Source: Nostoc punctiforme PCC 73102
Lineage (GTDB): Bacteria > Cyanobacteriota > Cyanobacteriia > Cyanobacteriales > Nostocaceae
DNA length: 32,000 nt
Direction of reading: 5' to 3'
Assembly: GCF_000020025.1 (NCBI RefSeq)
Contig: NC_010628.1
Span: forward strand, 6,300,001 to 6,332,000
The translations under genes and the position numbers were made by a program. This document shows, one piece after another, positions 17,326 to 25,883 of this stretch. The stretch's first letter is position 1. Each line of letters opens with the position of its first letter. The notes beneath the pieces were generated by a model. The model had not been told where the DNA came from and searched no databases. It saw only the letters and a program-made list of their open reading frames with translations.

Positions 17326-18165
17326 ATGATGCCTGTACGTCAAACTTTATCAAAGCCTGATATCCAACTTTCTTACTTAGAGTGGAACCAAGGTCAAGAA
17401 CCCTTACTGCTTTTACATGGTTTAGGCGACCATGCTTTAGTGTGGTCTAGCTTAGGAGATTACCTAGCGGCAGACTACCACATCGTCGCACCAGATATGC
17501 GCGGACATGGCGAAAGTACTAAGCCTGAGAGAGATTATACTTTTGAAAGTGCGATCGCAGACCTTGAAGCACTCATGGATCATTTAGGATGGACATCTGC
17601 CCAGATTGTAAGTCATTCGTGGACAGGTAAATTAGCCGCTATTTGGGCAAGACAAAACCGAAAGCGTTTGCGGAGTATAATTCTCGTCGATCCCATTTTC
17701 ATCTGGAAAATGCCCAGCCTTCTCAGACTAACTTTTCCGATGTTGTATCGCTTCTTACCTTTTCTCAAAAGTATGGGCCCCTTTACCAGTCATGAAGAAG
17801 CCGAACAACAAGCACGGCAGTTAAAGCAATATCAAGGATGGAGTTCCTTGCAGGAGCAAGTTTTTCAAGCAGGAATAGAACAAAAACCCGATGGTAGTTG
17901 GGGTAGCAAATTTACCATCGCCGCCCGCGACGAGATTTTTGAAGCAGTTATGCAAGTGCCTGGTTTTACAATCCCCCTTGATATCCAAGCCCTCTTTATT
18001 CAACCAGAACAAGGTCTAAATCGCCAAGATTGGCAAATCCAGCCCTACAAAACCTATCTCAAAAAACTACGCATCTGCCAAGTTCCTGGCAATCACTGGC
18101 CGTTTTTGACACAACCAGAGACATTTAACCAAACTGTTGCAGCTTTTTTGGCAGAACACAGATAG
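17326..18165 (+). CDS. Alpha/beta-fold hydrolase
   Basis: LLLLHGLGDH (oxyanion-hole region), APDMRGHGES, the nucleophile elbow VSHSWTG, and a C-terminal GNHWP histidine motif. Confidence 0.85.
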   Translation: MMPVRQTLSKPDIQLSYLEWNQGQEPLLLLHGLGDHALVWSSLGDYLAADYHIVAPDMRGHGESTKPERDYTFESAIADLEALMDHLGWTSAQIVSHSWTGKLAAIWARQNRKRLRSIILVDPIFIWKMPSLLRLTFPMLYRFLPFLKSMGPFTSHEEAEQQARQLKQYQGWSSLQEQVFQAGIEQKPDGSWGSKFTIAARDEIFEAVMQVPGFTIPLDIQALFIQPEQGLNRQDWQIQPYKTYLKKLRICQVPGNHWPFLTQPETFNQTVAAFLAEHR

Positions 18166-18267
18166 AAAATCTCATGATTATTAGACGGGATTATCATCCG
18201 GCAACAGAAGAATGAATAGGAAGGATGTCTAGCGATAAGCGGCTATGCATCTGCACTCCCCTTAAAT

Positions 18268-18478
18268 CAGTTATTAGTTATCAGTCATCAGCGTTTAGTG
18301 ATTATTGATAACTAATTAGGACTTACACCAAACTACAATGCTGTAGGGATAATATCCTGCGGGTAATCCGTTGGAAAACTCGTAGATTAGCCGCTTTGCG
18401 TCTACATGAATTGCCCCTAGCTGAAAATAAGGGTTTTGGCTATTGTTTGCGTAAGTCCTGCTAATAACTGATAACTGT
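18268..18478. mobile_element. MITE-like element (core 18314-18462) embedded between inverted STRR heptamer runs
   Basis: The TIR-like ends aattaggacttacac (18314-18328) and tgcgtaagtcctgct (18448-18462) share the AGGACTTAC(A/G)C core with the element at 14627-14816. The flanking cagttattagttatcagtcatcag (18268-18291) and ctaataactgataactg (18461-18477) are inverted heptamer runs. Confidence 0.6.
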
Positions 18479-18499
18479 TAAAGTACGGATAAGCCACTC

Positions 18500-20392
18500 A
18501 TGAGCCTTTGTATCAATCCCGTTTGCCCTACACCAAATCACCCAAATAATGAACAAAACCGCTTTTGTCAAAGTTGTGGTTCCCATTTGGAATTGCTAGG
18601 GCGTTATCGGGTGACGTGCCTGTTGAGTGACAAAACAGGGTTTAGTAAAGTTTATGAAGCATACGAACAAGATACTCCTAAAATCCTCAAAATACTCAAA
18701 GAGGATTTATCAGGTAACGCCAGAGCAGTAGAACTATTTCAGCAAGAAGTAACTGTGCTGGAACAACTCAACCATCCCGGCATTCCCAAAGAAGATAGTT
18801 ACTTCCAGTATCAAACCCGACATGGTTTAGTGTTGCATTGCATTGCAATGGAAAAAATCGACGGGTACAACTTAGTGCAATGGCTAGAGCAGAATCACCC
18901 CATTTCCGAAGACCAAGCTGTAGCTTGGCTAAAACAATTAGTGGAAATTTTGGATTTAGTGCATGGTAAACAATACCTGCATCGAGATATTAAGCCATCT
19001 AATATCATGATTAGATCCCCCCTTGGGAAAGATTGGGGGGAATTGGTACTGATTGATTTTGGCACAGCCACTGAAATTGACAGAACCGACCCAGACCAAC
19101 TTAGCAATGGCGACGGGATGACAGCACTTATGTCATCTGGCTACAGCGCTCCAGAACAAATGAATGGTCAAGCAGTACCGCAATCAGATTTCTTTGCATT
19201 GGGACGCACCTTTATATTTTTGCTAACGGGACACCATCCCTTAGATATGTATGATGTCCAGCAAAATGTATTGCACTGGCAAAATCATGCCATCGATATC
19301 TCACCCTTACTATTAAATTTAATTGATTGGCTCACGGCAGCAGATATAAAAAAGCGTCCTGCTAATGCCCAAGAAATTTTGCAGCGCCTAGAACACATTG
19401 AAGAAGGCAAAAAGTTCTGCTCAGATGAGGATTCAACCCCAGCTGTTGCGCCAGGTTCCCCCAGAGTAGAGGAGCCACTTGCAGAAGTGGAGGATTTAGA
19501 GCCAATCTCGCTGTTGTCGGAGCAGGAACCAGAAAATAGTATTCCTCCTGCCTCTGTTGTTGAAGACCAGCTAACAGAAACTACTCCTGAAAATCTTAAT
19601 TTAGTAATTGATTTGAACACAGAAGAGTTATCCCCACCAATTCCTAAAACTTTATCATCCCCACACAAAGAGCCAGAAGAAGTACCACTACTGAAATTTT
19701 TTACAGGGTTGCTAATGATATTAGGATTACTTAGTATAGTGGCTTTAGCAATGCGAAACTCAAAATTTATTGTGAATTCAAATTATGGGCAATCTCCCGA
19801 AAAGAGAGGTAAGATTGATTATTTTTCTTATCAAGAAGGTAGAGATAGCCAGGGGAGAAGAGCCGAATTTAATATAGCTGTTTTATCACTAGAATATAAA
19901 TGGCTTTTAGGTAGCAATTTTCAAATTAAATATAATGATGAAATTATTAGTATAGACCTTTTAAAATTGAACTTAGAACAAGAAGGCATACAAAAGATAA
20001 TGGATGAACCCAGGGAAATTATCTCTGTAGGTACAGTTGCTTGTAAGGGTAATATAGCAGTTCAACAGCGAATGGCTCTAGAACGTTCTAAACAAATTCA
20101 ATTTTTAGTCAAAAAATTATTTATTAATACACCAAGCGTCAAAGGTTATAGGATATTAAATTTAGGACAATTTCAACGGAGTAATTGTCAGGCAAATCAG
20201 GATTTAACTACATATCAGAGAAGTATTATAATTATTGGTGTGAAAAATAAATCCGCAGGTGTCATTCTCGATGAAGCACTACGGGATAGGTTAGAAAAGA
20301 AACCTTTCGCTGATTTTAAGTTAGAAGATTATTCCTTGGGTACGGCAGAAAATTTTAGGACAATACCAAGTAATTTATTACAATTCAGATAA
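18500..20392 (+). CDS. Ser/Thr protein kinase with an N-terminal 4-Cys zinc-ribbon, an acidic/Pro-rich linker, one TM helix and an uncharacterised C-terminal domain
   Basis: CINPVCP…CQSCGS (4 Cys). Kinase motifs HRDIKPSNIM, IDFGTA and SGYSAPEQ. TM helix LLKFFTGLLMILGLLSIVALAM (about residues 398-419). I see no recognisable motif in the last 210 aa or so. Confidence 0.9.
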   Translation: MSLCINPVCPTPNHPNNEQNRFCQSCGSHLELLGRYRVTCLLSDKTGFSKVYEAYEQDTPKILKILKEDLSGNARAVELFQQEVTVLEQLNHPGIPKEDSYFQYQTRHGLVLHCIAMEKIDGYNLVQWLEQNHPISEDQAVAWLKQLVEILDLVHGKQYLHRDIKPSNIMIRSPLGKDWGELVLIDFGTATEIDRTDPDQLSNGDGMTALMSSGYSAPEQMNGQAVPQSDFFALGRTFIFLLTGHHPLDMYDVQQNVLHWQNHAIDISPLLLNLIDWLTAADIKKRPANAQEILQRLEHIEEGKKFCSDEDSTPAVAPGSPRVEEPLAEVEDLEPISLLSEQEPENSIPPASVVEDQLTETTPENLNLVIDLNTEELSPPIPKTLSSPHKEPEEVPLLKFFTGLLMILGLLSIVALAMRNSKFIVNSNYGQSPEKRGKIDYFSYQEGRDSQGRRAEFNIAVLSLEYKWLLGSNFQIKYNDEIISIDLLKLNLEQEGIQKIMDEPREIISVGTVACKGNIAVQQRMALERSKQIQFLVKKLFINTPSVKGYRILNLGQFQRSNCQANQDLTTYQRSIIIIGVKNKSAGVILDEALRDRLEKKPFADFKLEDYSLGTAENFRTIPSNLLQFR

Positions 20393-20570
20393 GACCAAAA
20401 CACTTGTAGAGACGGAGATTTATCGCGTCTTAAAACCCAAAATTTTTGCCAGTCGCCCTTAACCCAAGCGTATTGATTTATATTTATAAAATAAATAGCA
20501 TAGCAAAGTATATCAATGTATAGGTTTAGCCAATCATAATATATCGCCACTTTCGTAATTAATGAATCGT

Positions 20571-21359
20571 TTATGCTCCCATCCCAGAATACCTCTTCAA
20601 ACCCGCACGCCAAAGGAAGCGATTCAGTCCCAAAAACACTAATATCCAACCAAACATTGACCAAAATCCTCGCCCTATATCCACAGGTAGCCCTACCAAA
20701 AGACTCGCAGGAAAATCAATCAAATACGGAAAAGGCGTAAACATTAATATTGTCCGCACAGCCTCCGGAAAAACCTCTAAAGGTGCTATTAAACCAGATA
20801 AAAATAGATAAAACAACAACCAAAAGTTTTCTAAAGCACTAGCCCGTTCTGTCCAAAAGGCAAACATGGCAAAGGTGTACTGAATCGTAAACCGCAAAGT
20901 AAAAGCTAGCGCCACCGCCAATGTAAACAGCAAAAATCTACTCAAACTTGGTACCCAAAAAGCTTGGGGATAAAGAATAAAAAATAATGCCACTAATAAA
21001 AAAGCAAACGATAGCCTAGCAAATCTTTCAGAAACATGACCTGCAACATGATGCCATACTGGGTCGAGTGGTTGTAGCAACTTGGGCGAAAGCTTGCCTT
21101 CCACAACCTCTTTTTCAAAGTCCCAAATTACCCAAACAACTGTTAATTGTCTAACGATGAAAACCGTGATAAAGTAACGGGCAAAATCCACAGGTGATAG
21201 CCCAAATTGCCCGCCTTGTGCTGCCTGTATCCAGATACCCATGAGGATAATCGGCAAAGATCCAGCCAACACCCATAAAATTAGTTCTGCTCGATACTCA
21301 ACCATATAGGCGTAGTATACTGACAGCAAAGTTAGGGCTTTTCTAATCATCTTTTTCAT
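20571..21359 (-). CDS. ABC-2 family transporter permease (ABC2_membrane_6 / COG4587-COG3694 type)
   Basis: Six hydrophobic helices in 262 aa. The N-terminus KALTLLSVYYAYMVEYRAELILWVL is typical of this permease family. It lies 51 bp downstream of the ABC ATPase on the same strand. Confidence 0.75.
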   Translation of the reverse strand: MKKMIRKALTLLSVYYAYMVEYRAELILWVLAGSLPIILMGIWIQAAQGGQFGLSPVDFARYFITVFIVRQLTVVWVIWDFEKEVVEGKLSPKLLQPLDPVWHHVAGHVSERFARLSFAFLLVALFFILYPQAFWVPSLSRFLLFTLAVALAFTLRFTIQYTFAMFAFWTERASALENFWLLFYLFLSGLIAPLEVFPEAVRTILMFTPFPYLIDFPASLLVGLPVDIGRGFWSMFGWILVFLGLNRFLWRAGLKRYSGMGA

Positions 21360-21410
21360 TTATAGTGCATTCTCCCCTCGGTAACTCTATTTCTGGCAGC
21401 GATCGCTTCG

Positions 21411-22391
21411 CTACACAACACCTGCCTGAAAAACTCGCCCAATTACTTCTTCTACAGGCGGTTCAGTAACAGTTAAATCAATTACCTCCAAATCCGTCAA
21501 AATCTTAGATACCGTGCGGGTAAGTGCTTCTCTAGATACCATAAAATGTACCGATCGCCCTTCTAAGAGTTGCACATCCCCGTATGTCATAAGTTTTTCT
21601 ATCGGTAGAGGTTGGGCTAATTCTATATGGACTTCTCGGTAAGGGGCAAAACGTTCTAGCAGTCCATCTAAACTACCGTCATACATCAGGCTTCCTTGGT
21701 GAATCAACAGCACTCGTTGACACAAAGCTGTAATATCAGCCATATAATGACTCGTCAACAGCACTGTAGCCTGATAACGCTGATTGTAGTCGCGCAAAAA
21801 ATCGCGTACCGCCACCTGAGCATTTACATCTAGTCCTAGAGTCGGTTCATCTAGGAATAATACGTGGGGACGGTGCAAAAGTGCTGCTAGCAATTCTGCC
21901 TTCATCCGCTCACCCAAAGATAGCTTCCGTACTGGTTGGGTAAGTTTGCCTTCTAGGGAAAGCATCTCTGTTAATTCTCCTACCCGCCGTTGGAACTCTT
22001 TATCAGAAATGTTGTATACAGCAGCATTAATTCTCAAAGAATCCAGCGCTGGTAAGTCCCAAATTAGTTGCTGTTTTTGCCCCATCACCAAGGTAATTTT
22101 TTGCAAAAATGCTTCTTTCCGATGAAACGGAGTTTGTCCAGCGACTGTGACTTTACCGCTAGAGGGATGAATCAGCCCCGTGAGCATTTTTAGTGTGGTA
22201 GTTTTTCCAGCACCATTTGGGCCCAAAAACCCTACTACTTCACCAGGGGAAATTTGAAAGGAAACATCCTGAACTGCTTTAATTGAGCGGTAGGTGCGAC
22301 GGAAAAGGTGGGTGATTGTACCTTTAATACCCGGGCTTTTAACTGCTACTGGATAAGATTTACTCAAATTTTCAGCAACAATGATTGACAT
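21411..22391 (-). CDS. ABC transporter ATP-binding protein
   Basis: Walker A GPNGAGKTT, signature LSLGERMK, Walker B VLFLDEPTLGLD, and H-loop TSHYM. I prefer ATG 22391 (MSIIVAENLSKSY) to the ORF-track start at 22436. Confidence 0.92.
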   Translation of the reverse strand: MSIIVAENLSKSYPVAVKSPGIKGTITHLFRRTYRSIKAVQDVSFQISPGEVVGFLGPNGAGKTTTLKMLTGLIHPSSGKVTVAGQTPFHRKEAFLQKITLVMGQKQQLIWDLPALDSLRINAAVYNISDKEFQRRVGELTEMLSLEGKLTQPVRKLSLGERMKAELLAALLHRPHVLFLDEPTLGLDVNAQVAVRDFLRDYNQRYQATVLLTSHYMADITALCQRVLLIHQGSLMYDGSLDGLLERFAPYREVHIELAQPLPIEKLMTYGDVQLLEGRSVHFMVSREALTRTVSKILTDLEVIDLTVTEPPVEEVIGRVFQAGVV

Positions 22392-22472
22392 ATTTTTTAT
22401 ATTTAGAACCACCGTTGTATACAGATAAACACACAAAGATAATCGGTGTTTAGAGCTATTTATTAAATAGAA

Positions 22473-22583
22473 CTCAGGAGTCAGGAGTCAGAATGGGCTA
22501 AACCCTAGCTATCCGCTAACAGAATTGAATTCTGACCGAAAAAGTGGATAGCCAGTGAGAGTTGTTTTAATTCTGACTTCTGG
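22473..22583. repeat. Nested inverted-repeat element preceded by AGGAGTC heptamers
   Basis: Outer IR agtcagaat/attctgact (22486-22494 / 22570-22578). Middle IR gctatcc/ggatagc (22508-22514 / 22546-22552). Central palindrome cagaattgaattctg (22520-22534). It lies between the ABC1-kinase stop and the ABC ATPase start. Confidence 0.6.
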
Positions 22584-22678
22584 ATTCTTCTACTGTGGTT
22601 CCAAATACGAAAGCAGAGATTTTTGACAGTGACATATCATGATTAACTGTGGTGGGCATTATGCACAACACATAGACT

Positions 22679-24343
22679 TTACCGCAAACGTCCCGATCGC
22701 AATGTACTGATAATTAACCACAAACCCAATAAGCTAGCAACGGCAAACAGGGTGGTGCTTAAAAAAGATAGCTGACTTGTCTGCGCTCTAGTAGAAATAA
22801 TTGCTGCGCCCATAATCAGCGAACCTACTAGTATACTAAAAGATAGTCGGTTAGCAGCATCGTCCATAGTGCGCCGCACGCCATCTAAACCCCGCAGCGA
22901 GAGATTCCACTGTAAGGTTTCTGAGGTAACTCGGTCTAATAACAGTTCTATTTGGCGAGGAGACTGGAGAGAGAGACTTTTAATATCTAAGGCTGTCCGT
23001 AATAGCGATCGCACTGGATTATCGCCCAATAATTGCCGACGAAACAAGTCTGTAATTAATGGTTTAACTTCATCGAAAAAATTAAGCTCTGGGTTGAATG
23101 TCCGCGCTACACCCTCTAAATTTGCTAGAGTTTTGGCATACAAACCCATATTGCTAGGTAATCTAATTTTATTGTTACGGGCAACTTGTAAAACTTCATA
23201 AATTATCTGACTGAAGTTGATTTGCGTTAAGCTGACATTGTGATACTTTCGCAACATGCGATCATAATCATTTTCTAACCGCGACAAAATAACTGGTTGA
23301 GCAGAATCTGATAGCTGCAAAGTTAACTGAGCGCACCTTTGAGCATCTAAATCAACGATCGCTAACAACATCTCTGTTAATATCTGCTGTGTGCGGGGAT
23401 CAAGTCTTCCCACCATACCACAGTCTAAAAGAGCAACACGCCCATCTGTGAGATAAAACAAGTTTCCCGGATGGGGATCGGCGTGAAAAAAGCCATCAAT
23501 ATATAGTTGCTGAAAAAATACCCGAAATAACAAAGTAGTTATTTCTTTACGCTCTACGGCAGGGTCTTTACCATTATTGTTATTGTTTAAATCTGCCGAC
23601 AAGAATGGTACTCCATCTAACCATTCCATCACCAGTAATTTTTCTGTGGTCAATTCCCAGTTAATCTCTGCAACCACTATTTGCGTGGGATCAAACCAGC
23701 GACTTTTAGATAAGTTGCGCCGTAGTTGGTCTGTAAAACCCGCTTCCCGTGTAAAATCTAACTCGGCTTCTAGGGCTTTGGTGAATTCTTCAGCGATGGA
23801 TTTGATTTCGTAGGTTTGTCCAAATTCAGTCCGCGCCACTAAATCGGCAATACCTTGAATTAAAGCAATATCTTGGGCAATAGTCAGATCGATTCCCGGA
23901 CGTTGTACTTTTAGAGCAACTTCTCGACCGTCTGCTAATGTAGCGCGATGTGTCTGGGCAATTGATCCCGCCGCTACGGGGATCGGGTTAACTGTCTTGA
24001 AGGTTTCTGCTAGTGGACGTTTTAATTCTTTGCGAAGGATTATTTCTATTTCTGACCAAGGAACTGGTGGTACTTCGTCTTGTAAGGTAGATAGTTCCTC
24101 AATGTAGGCAGCGTTCAGTAAATCTGGACGTGTAGACATTAGCTGTCCAAGTTTAACGTAAACTGGCCCCAAGTCTACCAGGATATTTTTTAAAACCGCA
24201 GGTGTAGGTAACTGTGGTTCATCAGCTTTGCCACCAGTGAGTAACCTTCGCATATAGTCCCAACCATTGCGAAGGAATACTTCAAGAATTTCTCGTTGAC
24301 GGGGAACAGTTTGGGTGAGGAACATTTTTGTAAATAACTGCAA
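22679..24343 (-). CDS. ABC1 (AarF/UbiB) atypical kinase family protein with C-terminal TM helices
   Basis: GPVYVKLGQLMSTRPDL, AAGSIAQTHRA, VALKVQRPG, FFHADPHPGNL and ALLDCGMVG are the ABC1-family motifs. There are two hydrophobic helices at the C-terminus. Confidence 0.92.
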   Translation of the reverse strand: MQLFTKMFLTQTVPRQREILEVFLRNGWDYMRRLLTGGKADEPQLPTPAVLKNILVDLGPVYVKLGQLMSTRPDLLNAAYIEELSTLQDEVPPVPWSEIEIILRKELKRPLAETFKTVNPIPVAAGSIAQTHRATLADGREVALKVQRPGIDLTIAQDIALIQGIADLVARTEFGQTYEIKSIAEEFTKALEAELDFTREAGFTDQLRRNLSKSRWFDPTQIVVAEINWELTTEKLLVMEWLDGVPFLSADLNNNNNGKDPAVERKEITTLLFRVFFQQLYIDGFFHADPHPGNLFYLTDGRVALLDCGMVGRLDPRTQQILTEMLLAIVDLDAQRCAQLTLQLSDSAQPVILSRLENDYDRMLRKYHNVSLTQINFSQIIYEVLQVARNNKIRLPSNMGLYAKTLANLEGVARTFNPELNFFDEVKPLITDLFRRQLLGDNPVRSLLRTALDIKSLSLQSPRQIELLLDRVTSETLQWNLSLRGLDGVRRTMDDAANRLSFSILVGSLIMGAAIISTRAQTSQLSFLSTTLFAVASLLGLWLIISTLRSGRLR

Positions 24344-24355
24344 AGACGCAGGGAG

Positions 24356-24643
24356 TTAAAGAGGTAAACAACAGGGGATGACAATACAACGGAAGTTGGC
24401 TTTAGCTTTTAAAGTTTTGCTAGCTGCGCCACAGTCTTGGAATCTTTTTATGGATGATTGTATAGCTTCGTGGAGTTTCTGTTCACTCAGCATTCGTTTG
24501 ACGTAATTAGAGCAGGAATCTTCACCGTGTAATAAGCGATGGGAACAACTAAAGCCTTTGGAAGGAGAAATATATTTTTGATAGGCTGTAATAGACTCGA
24601 TTGCCATTGTCTTGGCGAGAGGCTCAAAGCTAATAATGTTCAT
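24356..24643 (-). CDS. Divergent YidD-like (DUF37) small protein
   Basis: AYQKYISPSKGFSCSHRLLHGEDSCSNY resembles the YidD core (YQ..iSP…C.f.PsCS.Y) with a 5-residue insertion. Its stop lies 12 nt upstream of the ABC1 kinase start. The assignment is tentative. Confidence 0.5.
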   Translation of the reverse strand: MNIISFEPLAKTMAIESITAYQKYISPSKGFSCSHRLLHGEDSCSNYVKRMLSEQKLHEAIQSSIKRFQDCGAASKTLKAKANFRCIVIPCCLPL

Positions 24644-24721
24644 AACTGTCAGATAAAATAACAGACAGTCAAGTTATAATAGCAAAACAGACTTTTTAGC
24701 CTCTGCCAAGGGTTCTAACTT

Positions 24722-25798
24722 TTACAGCAGGTCAGTAAATCGAGAATCACTTTGGAGAATTTTAAGGATCTGCTTAATTTCCTGGGTACGTTCTTTTTTA
24801 ACAACGAGGGTGACATTGCGATCGCGCACAATCACCACGTCCTCTAAACCAATTGTAACAACTACATCCTCTGGATTTGAGGCATAAATAATCGCCCCCT
24901 GCGTATCTAGCCCTACGTGGGTAGCGAGTTCCACATTGGGATTCTCTTCTGTTTTGAGTAACCGCTCGATCGCATTCCAATCTCCTAAATCATCCCAACC
25001 AAAATCAACTGGCAAAACGTATGCTAGAGTTGTCTTTTCCATTAGGGCATAGTCTATACTCTTCTTAGGCAACTGGGGATAGATATCAAGACCCTGTTGT
25101 TCTAAAGGTTCGATAATTTCTGGAGCATGGGTATGTAGTTCCTCGAGAACAACCCCTGCCCGAAAAACGAACATTCCACTATTCCAGCTAAAGCGCCCCG
25201 TAGATAAAAAAGTCTCTGCCGTTTCGCGGTTGGGCTTTTCAGTAAAGCGGTTGACGTGATAAGCTGGCAACTCATTAAAGCTACCTATCTTTTCACCTTG
25301 TTCAATGTAGCCGTAACCGGTTGATGGAAAAGTAGGCTTGATCCCCAGTGTAACGATCGCTGCTGTGCTTGCTGCCAGTTGCGTAGCCGCGCTTAATGTG
25401 TGTGCAAACGCTTCTTCGTCAGCAATCCAGTGGTCAGCAGGGAAAAAGCCAATAACAGCGTCTTCTCCATAGCGCTGTTTGATTTCTAAACTTGTCCAAG
25501 CAACGGCTGCGGCTGTGTCTCTGCCTTCCGACTCAATCAGTAAGTTTTCAACTGGTAGATCGGGTAACTGTTGTCGTACCCCTTCAGCTATCTGACTAGA
25601 AGTGATCACCCACAAGGAATCCCACCCGTCACCGAGTTTTATCAATCGATCGGCGGTTGCTTGTAATAAACTTCTAGAGCTACCATCAAGACTTAAAAAT
25701 TGCTTAGGTCGGTCTTTGCGGCTCAGGGGCCAAAAACGTTCACCTTTACCACCAGCAAGGATTACGGGGAACAATAAAGTATTCATGTTGTCATACAC
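24722..25798 (-). CDS. Mannose-1-phosphate guanylyltransferase (nucleotidyltransferase domain only)
   Basis: PVILAGGKGERFWPLSR…PKQFL and FPADHWI are ManC/CpsB-type signatures. There is no cupin/PMI domain. Met5 (25786) is an alternative start. Confidence 0.88.
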   Translation of the reverse strand: MYDNMNTLLFPVILAGGKGERFWPLSRKDRPKQFLSLDGSSRSLLQATADRLIKLGDGWDSLWVITSSQIAEGVRQQLPDLPVENLLIESEGRDTAAAVAWTSLEIKQRYGEDAVIGFFPADHWIADEEAFAHTLSAATQLAASTAAIVTLGIKPTFPSTGYGYIEQGEKIGSFNELPAYHVNRFTEKPNRETAETFLSTGRFSWNSGMFVFRAGVVLEELHTHAPEIIEPLEQQGLDIYPQLPKKSIDYALMEKTTLAYVLPVDFGWDDLGDWNAIERLLKTEENPNVELATHVGLDTQGAIIYASNPEDVVVTIGLEDVVIVRDRNVTLVVKKERTQEIKQILKILQSDSRFTDLL

Positions 25799-25883
25799 GC
25801 CTACCGAAGAACATTATAAGTTTACAGTGAGCCTTTCCACTGGCAATATCTGTAGCTTGGATTAACATACTTTTAGGGAGTGG

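Noticed and set aside
17111-17329. 72-aa plus-strand ORF
   Set aside because: It is antisense to the more protein-like 17062..17253 ORF, and its Ser/Arg/Cys-rich sequence looks non-coding.
20329-20664. 111-aa minus-strand ORF spanning the gap between the kinase and the ABC permease
   Set aside because: It overlaps the 3' ends of both convergent genes in other frames. It runs through a degenerate GTAGAGACG…CGTCT palindromic repeat (20406-20432), which gives the tell-tale RRDKSPSLQ peptide. It has no permease-like hydrophobic pattern.
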